Source: a virus
Strand: one strand, 5' to 3'
IMG/VR virus record: IMGVR_UViG_3300045988_165550
Span: 1 to 64,000 of that record
Length of the DNA: 64,000 bases
Part shown: positions 44,081 to 53,933 of the stretch, one piece after another
Layout: every line of letters starts with the position of its first letter
Numbering within the stretch: position 1 is the first letter of the stretch
Made by a program: the position numbers and the translations under genes
The notes under the pieces: model-generated
The model's database searches: none
What the model saw: the letters and a program-made list of their open reading frames with translations, nothing else
What the model was told of the DNA's origin: nothing

Positions 44081-44662
44081 ATGCAAAAGAATTATTTATT
44101 TGATGTTGATGGCTTGCTGCAGGTGCTGCAAGCCATCAAGGAAGGAAAGCCCGTGGAGTATCGCCCACTGGAGGAACCTAATTGGCGAGATTTCGACCCA
44201 GAGGATTGTGATATAGATACGGAAAACTGTAAGTATCGAGTTAAGCCTTGTGAGTATGGAGAGAATATTGGTACTGTAGTTCTTCGTCCTGAAGACTTGC
44301 AGGAAGATAGAATTTATTTCTTAACGCATGGAGATTATAACACGAAGAATAAAGATTTTATCTGTGTAAAGAGTAATCTATGGCGTGAGAACAAGATGGT
44401 TACCTTTCATTTCTCATGGCAAAGTGATGGTGTTTGCGCTACGCTTTTAGTGGGCGATGTGAATGCAGAAGGCCGCCATAGCGAGCAATCAAAAGGCTTT
44501 GCTAACATAATCGCTCCTCATATTGTTTCTAATAATTTCGATGGTGTAGAAATCCGGCTGGCATCCCTGGCTCAAGTCGAGATACTGGAGTCTAAGTTAC
44601 GAGAAATAGGCTATGAGTTTGAGAACGGAGAAATAAAAAAGATAGATGGGAGCAAAGAGTAA
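44081..44662 (+). CDS. hypothetical protein
   Basis: 193-aa ORF. Confidence 0.6.
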   Translation: MQKNYLFDVDGLLQVLQAIKEGKPVEYRPLEEPNWRDFDPEDCDIDTENCKYRVKPCEYGENIGTVVLRPEDLQEDRIYFLTHGDYNTKNKDFICVKSNLWRENKMVTFHFSWQSDGVCATLLVGDVNAEGRHSEQSKGFANIIAPHIVSNNFDGVEIRLASLAQVEILESKLREIGYEFENGEIKKIDGSKE

Positions 44663-45242
44663 ACAAACACCGCTCCTTACCAAGGAGCAGGTAACAGAGC
44701 AGCTTCTTCAGCAGCATTTGCGCGGCTGGAAATCGAACCCTAAGTACATCGTAGAAAACCTGTACGTGTTCGACTGGGAGAGTGATATGCTCATCAAGAC
44801 CCGAAGCGGGTATTGGTATGAGGTGGAATGTAAAATCTCCCTTGCTGATTTTAAAAACGATTTCACCCATAAGCGGCAGAAGCATGAATTGCTGAAGAAT
44901 GGGGATGAGAAGCGTCGCCGCCCGAATCTCTTTTACTATTGCGTACCTTGGTACCTTAGTGCGAAAGTATATCCTCTCCTTCCTGATTATGCCGGGCTGA
45001 TTGTACTTAAAGCGGATGGTAAGCTGGATGAGATACAACATGCACACTGCCTGCATCTGCATAAGTACACCAACGAGGAGTTGAAGCTATGCGATAAGTT
45101 CTATTACGCCTACCGCAACTGGAAGGAGAACGTAGAGCGCCATCAGCCTACCGCAGAAATCAAGCGCCTGAAAGATGAGATTGCTTTCCTCAAGGCAGAA
45201 TATAAGGCCGTAGCCGGATGCGATATTAAAGACGCATTTTAA
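44646..45242 (+). CDS. PD-(D/E)XK nuclease-fold protein (putative)
   Basis: VFDWESDMLIKTRSGYWYEVECKIS gives D ... E-x-K spacing typical of the fold. Confidence 0.45.
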   Translation: MGAKSKQTPLLTKEQVTEQLLQQHLRGWKSNPKYIVENLYVFDWESDMLIKTRSGYWYEVECKISLADFKNDFTHKRQKHELLKNGDEKRRRPNLFYYCVPWYLSAKVYPLLPDYAGLIVLKADGKLDEIQHAHCLHLHKYTNEELKLCDKFYYAYRNWKENVERHQPTAEIKRLKDEIAFLKAEYKAVAGCDIKDAF

Positions 45243-45263
45243 TGATTAAAAGATTTATAGATT

Positions 45264-45911
45264 ATGGAAAAGATAGAATTAACAAAGGAACAGATAGAAA
45301 AGATAGCTGAAGGCATCAGCGTTATCTGCTTCCGTTTTGATTTGAAGACAAAAGAGTATGCGCTTTTTGAATATCCGAAAGTGAACATCTTTCACCAGTC
45401 GTGTGTATGGAATGATCCGTCTGAAGATTATTGTCGCAAGAAAGAAGTAAGACAGGTATTTCCTTCTTTTGAAGCAGAACATACCTATGACCATCCGATG
45501 CTTTTTAAGCCAAGTCTTGCAGAAGCGATTCAGGCAATGCCCCTCGACTTAATAGGAAAAGCAAATGCTTTCACCATTAAGCATAATGGCTTCAATGCCG
45601 ATGGTAGTAAACATGTGAGTATCGTTACTCCTTATCTTATCGGCGAAAAGATAGTGCAGATACCGCCTGTAAAGGATAAGAAGGAGGAAAAGCGTCTGCA
45701 TCTTTCACCATTAAAGGTTGGCGACCTCGTGGGCACTATTCTCGATGAGTATTGTCAGGTCAGTATAGATTGGCTTGCCCCTGATAACTATATACAATCT
45801 GCATGGCAGGGTTATCTGAATGATGTTCCGGAGGAATACTTGAATAAGCCTTTCCGTCCGATAAATATCATGACGGATTCAGAAAAACTTATTCATTTAA
45901 TCATCAACTGA
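45264..45911 (+). CDS. hypothetical protein
   Basis: 215-aa ORF. Confidence 0.6.
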   Translation: MEKIELTKEQIEKIAEGISVICFRFDLKTKEYALFEYPKVNIFHQSCVWNDPSEDYCRKKEVRQVFPSFEAEHTYDHPMLFKPSLAEAIQAMPLDLIGKANAFTIKHNGFNADGSKHVSIVTPYLIGEKIVQIPPVKDKKEEKRLHLSPLKVGDLVGTILDEYCQVSIDWLAPDNYIQSAWQGYLNDVPEEYLNKPFRPINIMTDSEKLIHLIIN

Positions 45912-45933
45912 TTATTTTAAAACAATAAAAAAT

Positions 45934-47157
45934 ATGAGTTTATATACAAAACAAGAAAAGGTGAAATCCCTTTGGCATCCTATTACCGATGAGGATTTTG
46001 AGATAGACTTCGGTAAGCCGTTTATTGTTTGCTGCGATGATGCTTCTCTCTTTATCGTGAAAAATTTTGCAGATATGTTTAGCTATCTGGATGAAGACCG
46101 ATTCTACGATGTCGAGGCGCAAACCCTGTCTGAAGAAGGCAAGGAGGAATTTCGAGAAGACTATTATGGATATATGTATCTCGACGAGGATTTCTACCAT
46201 GCGATAGATTGGGCGAAAGGCGAGTATATCGAGGACGTGAAAGGTGATCGAGAGAGACCTGAATTGTTTGTAATGTATGAATCGGGTCCCAAGGTGTTTG
46301 ACCATTTCGATTTTGGTCCGAGCGGTACTCCGGCATACGGCGGGGCACCGTTGCTGCGCAGAGAGTTCGCCGCAAGACATCCCGAATTATACCACGTAGA
46401 GTATATCGTTAATTTGAACCACGTTCCCGCAACATCCCTCAATGCCCTGTTTATGGCACCAATCGATGAGCCTAAAACCGCTTACGTGGTAACATCGGGC
46501 GAGTATAGTGACTACCACATCGATGGAGTGTTTTCCGATAAAGAGAAAGCCGATTTCTTTGCTGATAAAGACGGTGATAGAAGTGTTGAGGAATACGATA
46601 TTGACGATGAGCAGACGCTTCGACAAGAAAACTGGTATGAAGTCAAAATTTACGTAGGAGAGTCTTTGGAAACCAAAGACATTTCAGTACTGAACCTCTC
46701 TTACAATTCCTGGAACAAAATATTTGATGCTGTCATGTTCGCAAAGACTGGGGAAGATGATAGGTATTTCTCCTTCTATTTGGCAGCCATTAATCGTGGT
46801 AAGGCAAAGGCTATAGCTTTGGAGCGTTTTCATGCTTTATTGGCTGTGGAGTCTTCTCATTTCCCTATGTTGAGATGTGTGCGTATCGTAGACCCTGTCC
46901 GTAGTTATAAGATTTGGCAAAGCTTGGTGTTTGGCTATTTTGACTACAAGGCTTATTTCTGCCCTAATGATAGAATAGAGAAAACGCAAGATCTGTTTAT
47001 GAAAATAAAAGATTACCTCCCCAAACCACTGACCGAAGAGGACGAGGATAATATCGACTGGCAGAATCTTACGGAAGAAGCTTGTCTGCAGCTTATGCGT
47101 AACCATGGATTGGATATTGAATTGAAGAAAGATTTATCTTATGTTTATTATGACTAA
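45934..47157 (+). CDS. hypothetical protein
   Basis: 407-aa ORF. Confidence 0.6.
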   Translation: MSLYTKQEKVKSLWHPITDEDFEIDFGKPFIVCCDDASLFIVKNFADMFSYLDEDRFYDVEAQTLSEEGKEEFREDYYGYMYLDEDFYHAIDWAKGEYIEDVKGDRERPELFVMYESGPKVFDHFDFGPSGTPAYGGAPLLRREFAARHPELYHVEYIVNLNHVPATSLNALFMAPIDEPKTAYVVTSGEYSDYHIDGVFSDKEKADFFADKDGDRSVEEYDIDDEQTLRQENWYEVKIYVGESLETKDISVLNLSYNSWNKIFDAVMFAKTGEDDRYFSFYLAAINRGKAKAIALERFHALLAVESSHFPMLRCVRIVDPVRSYKIWQSLVFGYFDYKAYFCPNDRIEKTQDLFMKIKDYLPKPLTEEDEDNIDWQNLTEEACLQLMRNHGLDIELKKDLSYVYYD

Positions 47158-47192
47158 TAAGAAATAATACATTTAATCATTTACTAAGTATT

Positions 47193-47552
47193 ATGATGAT
47201 ACAGATTCAAGATTGGAAATGTGACAAGAAAATCGTGGTCGTGGATGAAATCAACCATGGCACCGTGCAGGTGGAGATACCGAAGCCTGGAGAGTATAAG
47301 GATAAATATTATCAGCATGCCGATTGCGCCATCTATAACCTTTGGGTGGATGAGAAATATCGCAAGCAGGGTGTGGCACGCCTCCTGATGGAGACTGCGG
47401 AGAGGGAAGCTAAGAAATTGGGATGCAAGTCTGTGCAGTTGGAATATGATAAAGAGAGCGGGTCTTTCGTTCTCCAGTGGTACCAGCGTCTTGGCTATGT
47501 GGTGAAGGCTTGCGGTATAGGTGGTCCGCTGCTGCTGGTAAAGAAGCTTTAG
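47193..47552 (+). CDS. GNAT-family N-acetyltransferase (minimal)
   Basis: VDEKYRKQGVARLLMETAEREAKKLG matches GNAT motif A. Confidence 0.6.
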   Translation: MMIQIQDWKCDKKIVVVDEINHGTVQVEIPKPGEYKDKYYQHADCAIYNLWVDEKYRKQGVARLLMETAEREAKKLGCKSVQLEYDKESGSFVLQWYQRLGYVVKACGIGGPLLLVKKL

Positions 47553-47557
47553 GTTCA

Positions 47558-47593
47558 TTGTCCCGCCCATCAAAAAATAATGTATTACCTTTG
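47558..47593 (+). promoter_or_regulatory. Promoter class B (TTGTCCC-N21-TACCTTTG)
   Basis: TTGTCCC at 47558-47564, -7 box at 47586-47593. Confidence 0.6.
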
Positions 47594-47617
47594 CAAACAG
47601 AAAAAGAAGTATAGTAT

Positions 47618-48154
47618 ATGGATAAAATAGAGGAGCAGATGATGCTGCAACAGCTCAAGTCAATTTATTGGCTGATGATGGACTCTTCCGGCAAGATGGA
47701 CTTCGCAAATAAAACGCTATGGGATGAGATTACTGATCTCAACCAGGATAGTGGCGATTACCGGGAAGAGGTGGTAGAAATCTATTTCACCGATGGCAGG
47801 TTTATACAACTGCATAACCGCAGTTTTGAATCGCTTATCAATAATTCCTATTCCGGTGATGACATCCAACTGCTGCTAATGAAAGATGAAAAGCTCTTCA
47901 AAGCAGTAGCAGATTGTGGCGCATGTATCTACGATGTTTACCTTCCGGTGGTTCGCATTAGATATGATGATCCGGAAACAGGAAGAACGGAAACTGAATT
48001 TCCTATATCCTCCGTGGTCCGCATAGCCTCTTATAGTAAAAAGGTAAAGTGGAGCGGGGAATGGGCTAAACTGAGTCCCGAAAAAGTGAAGCTGCATGAA
48101 CTTATGTTCCGTAACTTCCGTGAAAAATATCTCAGAGATCATCCTGAGAATTAG
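47618..48154 (+). CDS. hypothetical protein
   Basis: 178-aa ORF downstream of a class B promoter. Confidence 0.6.
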   Translation: MDKIEEQMMLQQLKSIYWLMMDSSGKMDFANKTLWDEITDLNQDSGDYREEVVEIYFTDGRFIQLHNRSFESLINNSYSGDDIQLLLMKDEKLFKAVADCGACIYDVYLPVVRIRYDDPETGRTETEFPISSVVRIASYSKKVKWSGEWAKLSPEKVKLHELMFRNFREKYLRDHPEN

Positions 48155-48365
48155 GAATTTTTCATTCTTCTAAATAATATATATAAGTGTTTTTAATCTT
48201 GTTTCAAGATTGTTTTATAAGATTGTTTTTATTTATAATGTATTTTGTTTACCTAAGTCCTCCTTCGTTGTGATAACGCGGGAGGTTTCTTTAGTCAAGG
48301 TCAAACGTGTAATAATGTAGTAGTTTTTGTATTACCATGTAATAATTGGTTTTGTATAAAGAAAG

Positions 48366-48398
48366 AAGGGGCGGTTGTCGTGATGACACCCGCCCCTT
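48366..48398. terminator. Bidirectional terminator (AAGGGGCGG..CCGCCCCTT)
   Basis: 9-bp GC-rich stem between convergent genes. Confidence 0.7.
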
Positions 48399-48405
48399 TA
48401 TCGTC

Positions 48406-48439
48406 CTATAAATTATTAACTATAAACTATCAACTAAAA
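48406..48439 (-). repeat. Heptamer array (CTATAAA TTATTAA CTATAAA CTATCAA CTAAAAC)
   Basis: Read directly, abutting the terL stop. Confidence 0.75.
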
Positions 48440-50443
48440 CTAAACGTTCCTTCCGTCCGGCAGTACGAACCAGCCGATATTTCCTCGCCAGAACTTGCAG
48501 CCCAGATATAGCGAGTCGAAGGCATCGGTGAAGTCGGTTCTCTGCTGCAACGGCAGGTTGTCTTCCGTCTCCGCTTTCTTCTCCTGACTCTTATCCTTTC
48601 GGAATCCCTGATAGCCGATACTTACTTCACAGAGCTGCATGGCGATAATCAAATCAGGGTTCTGAGTCTGATTGATACGGATAGCAGGATATTCGATACC
48701 GGCAAGGGCATTATTGATGATGCGATGCTTCACCTCGTGCTTCTCTGGCACACCCATATCTATTGCCGTAACATTCCAACCATTGCGCTCCAACTCCTTA
48801 ATCACTGCCTGGTAGAATCGCTCATCGGTCAAAGCATACGATGCACCCTGCTTTGCGGTGGCATCATAGAAGTAAACCACGTCTCTGTTGATGGCTCTCT
48901 TCGGAGCATAGTAATGTGAGAAATCATCTACCAACTCCCTCAGCTTGCGTTCGTTCTTCACATAGAAGCTTTTGATAACATTCACAGCCTCTACTCCGTC
49001 ACGCTGATATACCTGACCTACCACCAGGGTATTGATATTCGCATTGTAATCGAATGCCAGATAGAGAGGAAGGTCGTTCACGCAGTCAGCATCCATACGG
49101 CAATCGTTTCTCTCGGACAGTTCCTTCAAATCCGGCTGATAGCTCTCTGATGTAATCTTCTTGCCGCCGATGATGCCGGTAGCCTTCTGTGTACTCCAAT
49201 TAGCAACCGAAAGGGGATCTATCTCATTATCATTGACGTATCCATGCACTCTGTCTATGTCTAAATTTGAGTAGAAGCCATCATTAGATTTCTTGACTTT
49301 TACGTTGAGTATAGATACTGCGAAGGTGTATGCAGGGAGATCTCGTTTTAGCTGTTTGATGTAATCTTCACCGAGAATGTCAATATTTTCTAATGTAGAT
49401 GCACGTCTAACTACAAATCCGACCCTTCTTAACTCTCGAAGATACCCGTTTCTGAATTTATCCGATTTGTCAAACATTTGCATTTCCCAATACTCTTCTG
49501 GGGTAAGCAGATATTCATAATCGAATATTAACTCTGCATCATCTGTACTTACCAGATGATAATTTACGGCCATATCGACCATGTTTTTAGAAAGCTGCTT
49601 TCCGTGATTAGGTAATATTTTGAATTGACCTTCATGTTTAATCATTTTGAGTGCAATAGCTCGGATCATACTTCTCACTTCTATTGGTACTACGTGCGGT
49701 GTATGACCTGTTTTTTTTGAGTTATAGAGCAAATCATTATAACGTATTACCTTTCGGGCGTAGTCTTCAAGTTTATCTTGCACCCACTGATATGTCTTTC
49801 CTTTGAAAGGTCCGGATTCTATGATAAGCTCCAATTTTTCGTCTTCCCGCTCCAGCCAGCTTCCCTTCGCCGTCAAAGAGGCATCTGTAACAAACATCCT
49901 GCCTCTATAATAAGGGTTATATTCAGAAAACTCTATATTGCCTAATGGATGGGTCTGTCCTGATAGAGAAGGCATAAACTCTTCGTCGATTTTCTTTTTG
50001 TTTGCAAATCTACCTTCATCCAAAATGGCGTGTGAGAACGTATATGAGTTCGCTGATGCGGTCTGTGCGAGGGATATTGAAGCCCATTGTGCGCCGTTGG
50101 CGAACCATATAATATTATCATAATTTTTTGGCTTAAAAATTGCAGGACGGGCGTGTTTCGGAGGTCTTCCCCATCCCATGTGGATGCCTATTGTGAAACC
50201 GAACATTCGCTCCATTGCTGCCATTGTGCCAGGAATAGTTTTAGAAAAAGCTTGTTGTCTGGAAATAGCAAGCCAAGCGCCCAGCATGCCTGGCATAGAG
50301 TCCGACACTGCCCATACGCGTGGCGCTACCAAGCCATCAGTTTTACCTGTGCGTCGTCCAGCTATGACGATTTCATCTTTTGCTCCCATATAAAAGAGTT
50401 CTTGCTGGAATCTGTTTAAATATATTTGATGTGGTTGCTGCAT
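48440..50443 (-). CDS. terL: terminase large subunit
   Basis: Walker A IAGRRTGKT and Walker B HAILDEGRF. The size (667 aa) and a C-terminal acidic nuclease-like region fit. Confidence 0.8.
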   Translation of the reverse strand: MQQPHQIYLNRFQQELFYMGAKDEIVIAGRRTGKTDGLVAPRVWAVSDSMPGMLGAWLAISRQQAFSKTIPGTMAAMERMFGFTIGIHMGWGRPPKHARPAIFKPKNYDNIIWFANGAQWASISLAQTASANSYTFSHAILDEGRFANKKKIDEEFMPSLSGQTHPLGNIEFSEYNPYYRGRMFVTDASLTAKGSWLEREDEKLELIIESGPFKGKTYQWVQDKLEDYARKVIRYNDLLYNSKKTGHTPHVVPIEVRSMIRAIALKMIKHEGQFKILPNHGKQLSKNMVDMAVNYHLVSTDDAELIFDYEYLLTPEEYWEMQMFDKSDKFRNGYLRELRRVGFVVRRASTLENIDILGEDYIKQLKRDLPAYTFAVSILNVKVKKSNDGFYSNLDIDRVHGYVNDNEIDPLSVANWSTQKATGIIGGKKITSESYQPDLKELSERNDCRMDADCVNDLPLYLAFDYNANINTLVVGQVYQRDGVEAVNVIKSFYVKNERKLRELVDDFSHYYAPKRAINRDVVYFYDATAKQGASYALTDERFYQAVIKELERNGWNVTAIDMGVPEKHEVKHRIINNALAGIEYPAIRINQTQNPDLIIAMQLCEVSIGYQGFRKDKSQEKKAETEDNLPLQQRTDFTDAFDSLYLGCKFWRGNIGWFVLPDGRNV

Positions 50444-50468
50444 ATTCTTGAATTTTATTTTTATGCAA

Positions 50469-50504
50469 CAAAGTTATGTATTTCAAAATAAAGGGAAAGG
50501 ACAA
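50469..50504 (-). promoter_or_regulatory. Promoter class B on the minus strand (TTGTCC-N22-TAACTTTG)
   Basis: The plus strand shows CAAAGTTA at 50469-50476 and GGACAA at 50499-50504. Confidence 0.55.
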
Positions 50505-50595
50505 TTATTTGCAGGTAAGGGTGATATTAATACGAGAAGTAGGTTAATTATTTAAAAATAAAACAATTATTTTTTAGTTTACAGATTCTTTTTGT

Positions 50596-50603
50596 TATCT
50601 TTG
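50596..50603 (+). promoter_or_regulatory. -7 box TATCTTTG
   Basis: Matches TAnnTTTG, 25 nt upstream of ATG 50628. Confidence 0.45.
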
Positions 50604-50627
50604 CACTAATAAAAATAAAAAGTCAAT

Positions 50628-52205
50628 ATGCCACAGAGAAAATCAACTATAGCAGATAATCCTATCTTAATAGGTTGTTGGGATTATGAAGCAAATAATG
50701 GATTAGATCCTCATAATATCGGAGGGTCTTACGGAAACTCTTTGCAATGGAGGTGTGCAAAATGCAATACCCCCTTTATTGCTACGGGCAAGACGGTTAT
50801 ATCTCGCAATGGCATGTGTAGGAGTTGTTATCTTGAAGAGAAGAACAAATCGAGCCAGGAAAAAGAATCCTTTATTCGGTATGGGAGTTTAGCAGATGTT
50901 CCCGAAATAATGGCTTTGTGGTGTGATGATAATCCGGACCCTCGGACGTTACACAAGACGGATAAAGTGAAAGTTAATATAAGATGTGCAGATTGTGGCA
51001 AGATTACGAGCCATCCTATAATTGATATATATCGTAATCATGCTTTCTATTGTAAGGATTGTGCAGCAAAACGACGAGCAGAAAAATATCAAGCAGCCAT
51101 GATAGAGAAAACGGGATCCTGTAAGGATTATCCTGAAATAATGGAAGTGTGGGATTTTTCTCAAAATGATCTTGACCCAAGCAAGGTCCCGTCTGGCAGC
51201 CGATATATGATAAAATGCAAGTGTCCTATATGTGGTTCTAAGTGGAAAACGAAGGTTTTTCAAAGAAAGGGAAAGAAACCGATGTGCCGATTGTGCGCAA
51301 TTAGAAGTATGGTCCATAAAAGAGACGAGCAGAGAAATCAAGATTTTCTTGTTGACCAGCACAAATCTTTCGGTGATACGGTATATAGGTTTGTTAACTG
51401 GTGGCATCCTACGTTAAATGGCTCTTTGACTCCGTATGATATAGCTCCAGGTTCAGGCAAGACATACTACTGGAAATGTCCGAATAATCATGTATTTTCG
51501 GCAACGGCAAGCAATATGAAGTCGAGACGTTTTTGTCCTATATGCCGACCTACGATACATTCATCTTTCATAGAAATGGCTATTGCTTTTTATCTGCGGA
51601 AAGTCATAGATATAGACCAGTGGAAACAGATTGAAGGTACGAGGCAATCTATAGATATTTATATCCCACGACTTAAGGTTGGTATAGAGTATGATGGTGT
51701 TCGTTATCATAATAATAGAAAGCAAATTAAAAGAGATTGCAGAAAGTCTGAAATATTGGAAAGACAAGGCGTAAGACTGATTCGGATACAGGAGTGGCAG
51801 AGTGATAGTCATAACGACTCTACAATTTTTTATGATTACAACAAGGCTGATCTTCAAGGATTAATGAATACCTTGTGCGATATGTTGTCGATAGAAATGA
51901 TCTTGGTCGATTTAAACAAAGATACTGCTGATATATACAAACTTCTTTATCCTAAAGCTGTTCGTAATTCTATATCAGAGATTTCTCCTCAATTAGTCCC
52001 ATATTGGGACGAAGAGGCTAATGGTGGGGTAACACCTGAAAAAGTGAATGCTTATTCGGCTTTATTCTTTTATTGGCGCTGTCCTGATTGCGGAGCAACA
52101 TGGACCCAATCTCCAATAGGGATGAAAAGACGAAAAAGACTTTGCCAAGTTTGCCATCCGTATAATCATCATAAAGGCGGTAGGCGCGATGGTGAAACAG
52201 AATAG
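50628..52205 (+). CDS. multi-zinc-ribbon protein with a Vsr/DUF559-like PD-(D/E)XK endonuclease core (homing-endonuclease-like)
   Basis: Five modules of W-x-(n)-P...W-x-C-x2-C...C-x2-C. Core SIDIYIPRLKVGIEYDGVRYHNN...GVRLIRIQEW. Transcribed against the surrounding packaging operon. Confidence 0.6.
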   Translation: MPQRKSTIADNPILIGCWDYEANNGLDPHNIGGSYGNSLQWRCAKCNTPFIATGKTVISRNGMCRSCYLEEKNKSSQEKESFIRYGSLADVPEIMALWCDDNPDPRTLHKTDKVKVNIRCADCGKITSHPIIDIYRNHAFYCKDCAAKRRAEKYQAAMIEKTGSCKDYPEIMEVWDFSQNDLDPSKVPSGSRYMIKCKCPICGSKWKTKVFQRKGKKPMCRLCAIRSMVHKRDEQRNQDFLVDQHKSFGDTVYRFVNWWHPTLNGSLTPYDIAPGSGKTYYWKCPNNHVFSATASNMKSRRFCPICRPTIHSSFIEMAIAFYLRKVIDIDQWKQIEGTRQSIDIYIPRLKVGIEYDGVRYHNNRKQIKRDCRKSEILERQGVRLIRIQEWQSDSHNDSTIFYDYNKADLQGLMNTLCDMLSIEMILVDLNKDTADIYKLLYPKAVRNSISEISPQLVPYWDEEANGGVTPEKVNAYSALFFYWRCPDCGATWTQSPIGMKRRKRLCQVCHPYNHHKGGRRDGETE

Positions 52206-52208
52206 GGT

Positions 52209-52255
52209 CCGCTAGGCGTTCCTGCTGGTTTTAAATCCGGCGGAACGCCTAACGG
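52209..52255. terminator. Bidirectional hairpin (CCGCTAGGCGTTCC..GGAACGCCTAACGG)
   Basis: 14-bp stem with one mismatch. The right arm recurs at 63264-63277. Confidence 0.6.
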
Positions 52256-52281
52256 ATATGTCAGGTCTTTTTTTTACAGTC

Positions 52282-52563
52282 TTAGAGAAATTTTGCGGGC
52301 TGGCAATCATCGATTAGCTTGCGTGTTTCTTTGGCACACTCAGCCACGCATCTCTCGACTGCCTCGGTGATGTCTTGAATTTGGTTCTCACGCATATTGC
52401 CGTATTTATCGCAAGTGTCGTTTATTATTTTGTAGAGAACCTGATTTTGTAAAGCCTCCATATAATCTACGTACTCCTTGCAAGTACTGCGCCGAGGTGC
52501 TTGCACCCATTTAAGGAAGTCCTGTTTCCAGTCTTTCCATGTTTTTATTTTTATTACTATCAT
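52282..52563 (-). CDS. hypothetical protein
   Basis: 93-aa ORF. Confidence 0.55.
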   Translation of the reverse strand: MIVIKIKTWKDWKQDFLKWVQAPRRSTCKEYVDYMEALQNQVLYKIINDTCDKYGNMRENQIQDITEAVERCVAECAKETRKLIDDCQPAKFL

Positions 52564-52569
52564 TGTTGC

Positions 52570-52893
52570 TTACATTTTAAATTGTCGTTTCAAGAACTGG
52601 TTGCTCTTTATGAGTTCTATCATTTCTTCTTCTGAGTGTGCTCCCTCCCAGAAGAGTTCGGTATGGTCTCCGACCTTATCTTCATCTACAGAGAAAGGCA
52701 CGCCATAGTTAGTATAGGTTTCGCCGTGGTGTTGAATCAGGTGACGACCTGGATTTTTCCGGATGTTTTCTATCCAGACTTCATTATCACACTCGCACCA
52801 TTTATTATACTCCTCTCCTGTCAGTGTCATATCAATACCGATAGGGTAGTGCCCGGAGCACCCATTGGTTCCGAAATAAATAATCTTTGCCAT
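52570..52893 (-). CDS. hypothetical protein
   Basis: 107-aa ORF. Confidence 0.55.
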   Translation of the reverse strand: MAKIIYFGTNGCSGHYPIGIDMTLTGEEYNKWCECDNEVWIENIRKNPGRHLIQHHGETYTNYGVPFSVDEDKVGDHTELFWEGAHSEEEMIELIKSNQFLKRQFKM

Positions 52894-52905
52894 AATTTCG
52901 CAGAT

Positions 52906-53676
52906 TTAAAACAGGCTCGGTTGCATCATCTCTAACTTGATACGCTTGCAAGCCTTGTCGTAATATTCTTTGTTCAGCTCAAAGCCGATGAAGTTTCGCT
53001 TTTCTCTGATGCAGGCGATGGCGGTAGTGCCGCTGCCCATGCAGTTATCAAGAACGCACCCCCCCACATTGGTATAAGTACATATCAGATAGCGGAGTAA
53101 ATCTACTGGCTTCTGGGTAGGGTGGAAGGTATCGTTAGAATGTTCTTTGTCGAAGCATATAATGCTCTTTGGAAATTTTTCATCTGATACGATAGTAGGC
53201 ACTTCTTTATGATCGCCATAACAACCTCGCTTCAAACTATGAGAGCCATCTCCCCTTCGATGGTTCCTTTGATGTGGCGCACATTTTACCATTTGAGGAT
53301 TGTAGACAGGTTGTTTTCGATAGAATACTGCAATATCCTCATGCGAGCGCAGAGGCATCTTGTTGGCATTCAGAAAGCCTGTTACCCGTTGTTTGCTCCA
53401 AATAAGATTATATTTCCAGAGTTTCGGCTGTGACATCATAAGTTGTGCGGTAAACATACCTTGGCAGAAAAGAATAATCGCTGCATTGGGTTTGGTTATG
53501 CGCAGATATTCCTTCCATAATGGCTCAAGCGGGATAATACTATCCCAGCCACCGCCTTCACTCTTTTTATTGAGAACGCCATAAGGCAAATCGCAGATAA
53601 TGCAATCCACGCTTGCGTCCGGAATCTTTTTCATTCCTTCCATGCAATCCTCATTATAAATCTTATTTAACTCCAT
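52906..53676 (-). CDS. DNA methyltransferase, N4/N6 beta-class (motif IV before motif I)
   Basis: IICDLPYGV is a DPPY-like motif IV. VLDNCMGSGTTAIAC is motif I. Confidence 0.85.
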   Translation of the reverse strand: MELNKIYNEDCMEGMKKIPDASVDCIICDLPYGVLNKKSEGGGWDSIIPLEPLWKEYLRITKPNAAIILFCQGMFTAQLMMSQPKLWKYNLIWSKQRVTGFLNANKMPLRSHEDIAVFYRKQPVYNPQMVKCAPHQRNHRRGDGSHSLKRGCYGDHKEVPTIVSDEKFPKSIICFDKEHSNDTFHPTQKPVDLLRYLICTYTNVGGCVLDNCMGSGTTAIACIREKRNFIGFELNKEYYDKACKRIKLEMMQPSLF

Positions 53677-53679
53677 CCT

Positions 53680-53714
53680 CTATAAACTATAAATTATAAA
53701 CTATCAACTCTTAA
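53680..53714 (-). repeat. Heptamer array (CTATAAA CTATAAA TTATAAA CTATCAA CTCTTAA)
   Basis: Read directly between two minus-strand genes. Confidence 0.75.
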
Positions 53715-53933
53715 CTTCCCAATGTGCCATTTCGAGCAAACCTTGCACTGATAAGCCGTATATCCGGCAGCCATGATTTTAGGGTGCAGGTGCAGGAACT
53801 CGCAGGCTTCATCCTCACTCTCGTAGGCAACCTTGGCTTTCCAACCGTGGCTGCTTTTCCTCGTCCAGTGTTCCGGATCAGGACGGAAGGGAGGTATCTT
53901 GTTGGGATGATGATTTTCGTATCGCTTACTCAT
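53694..53933 (-). CDS. hypothetical small protein with a CxxC motif
   Basis: 79 aa, contains CKVCSKWH. Confidence 0.5.
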   Translation of the reverse strand: MSKRYENHHPNKIPPFRPDPEHWTRKSSHGWKAKVAYESEDEACEFLHLHPKIMAAGYTAYQCKVCSKWHIGKLRVDSL

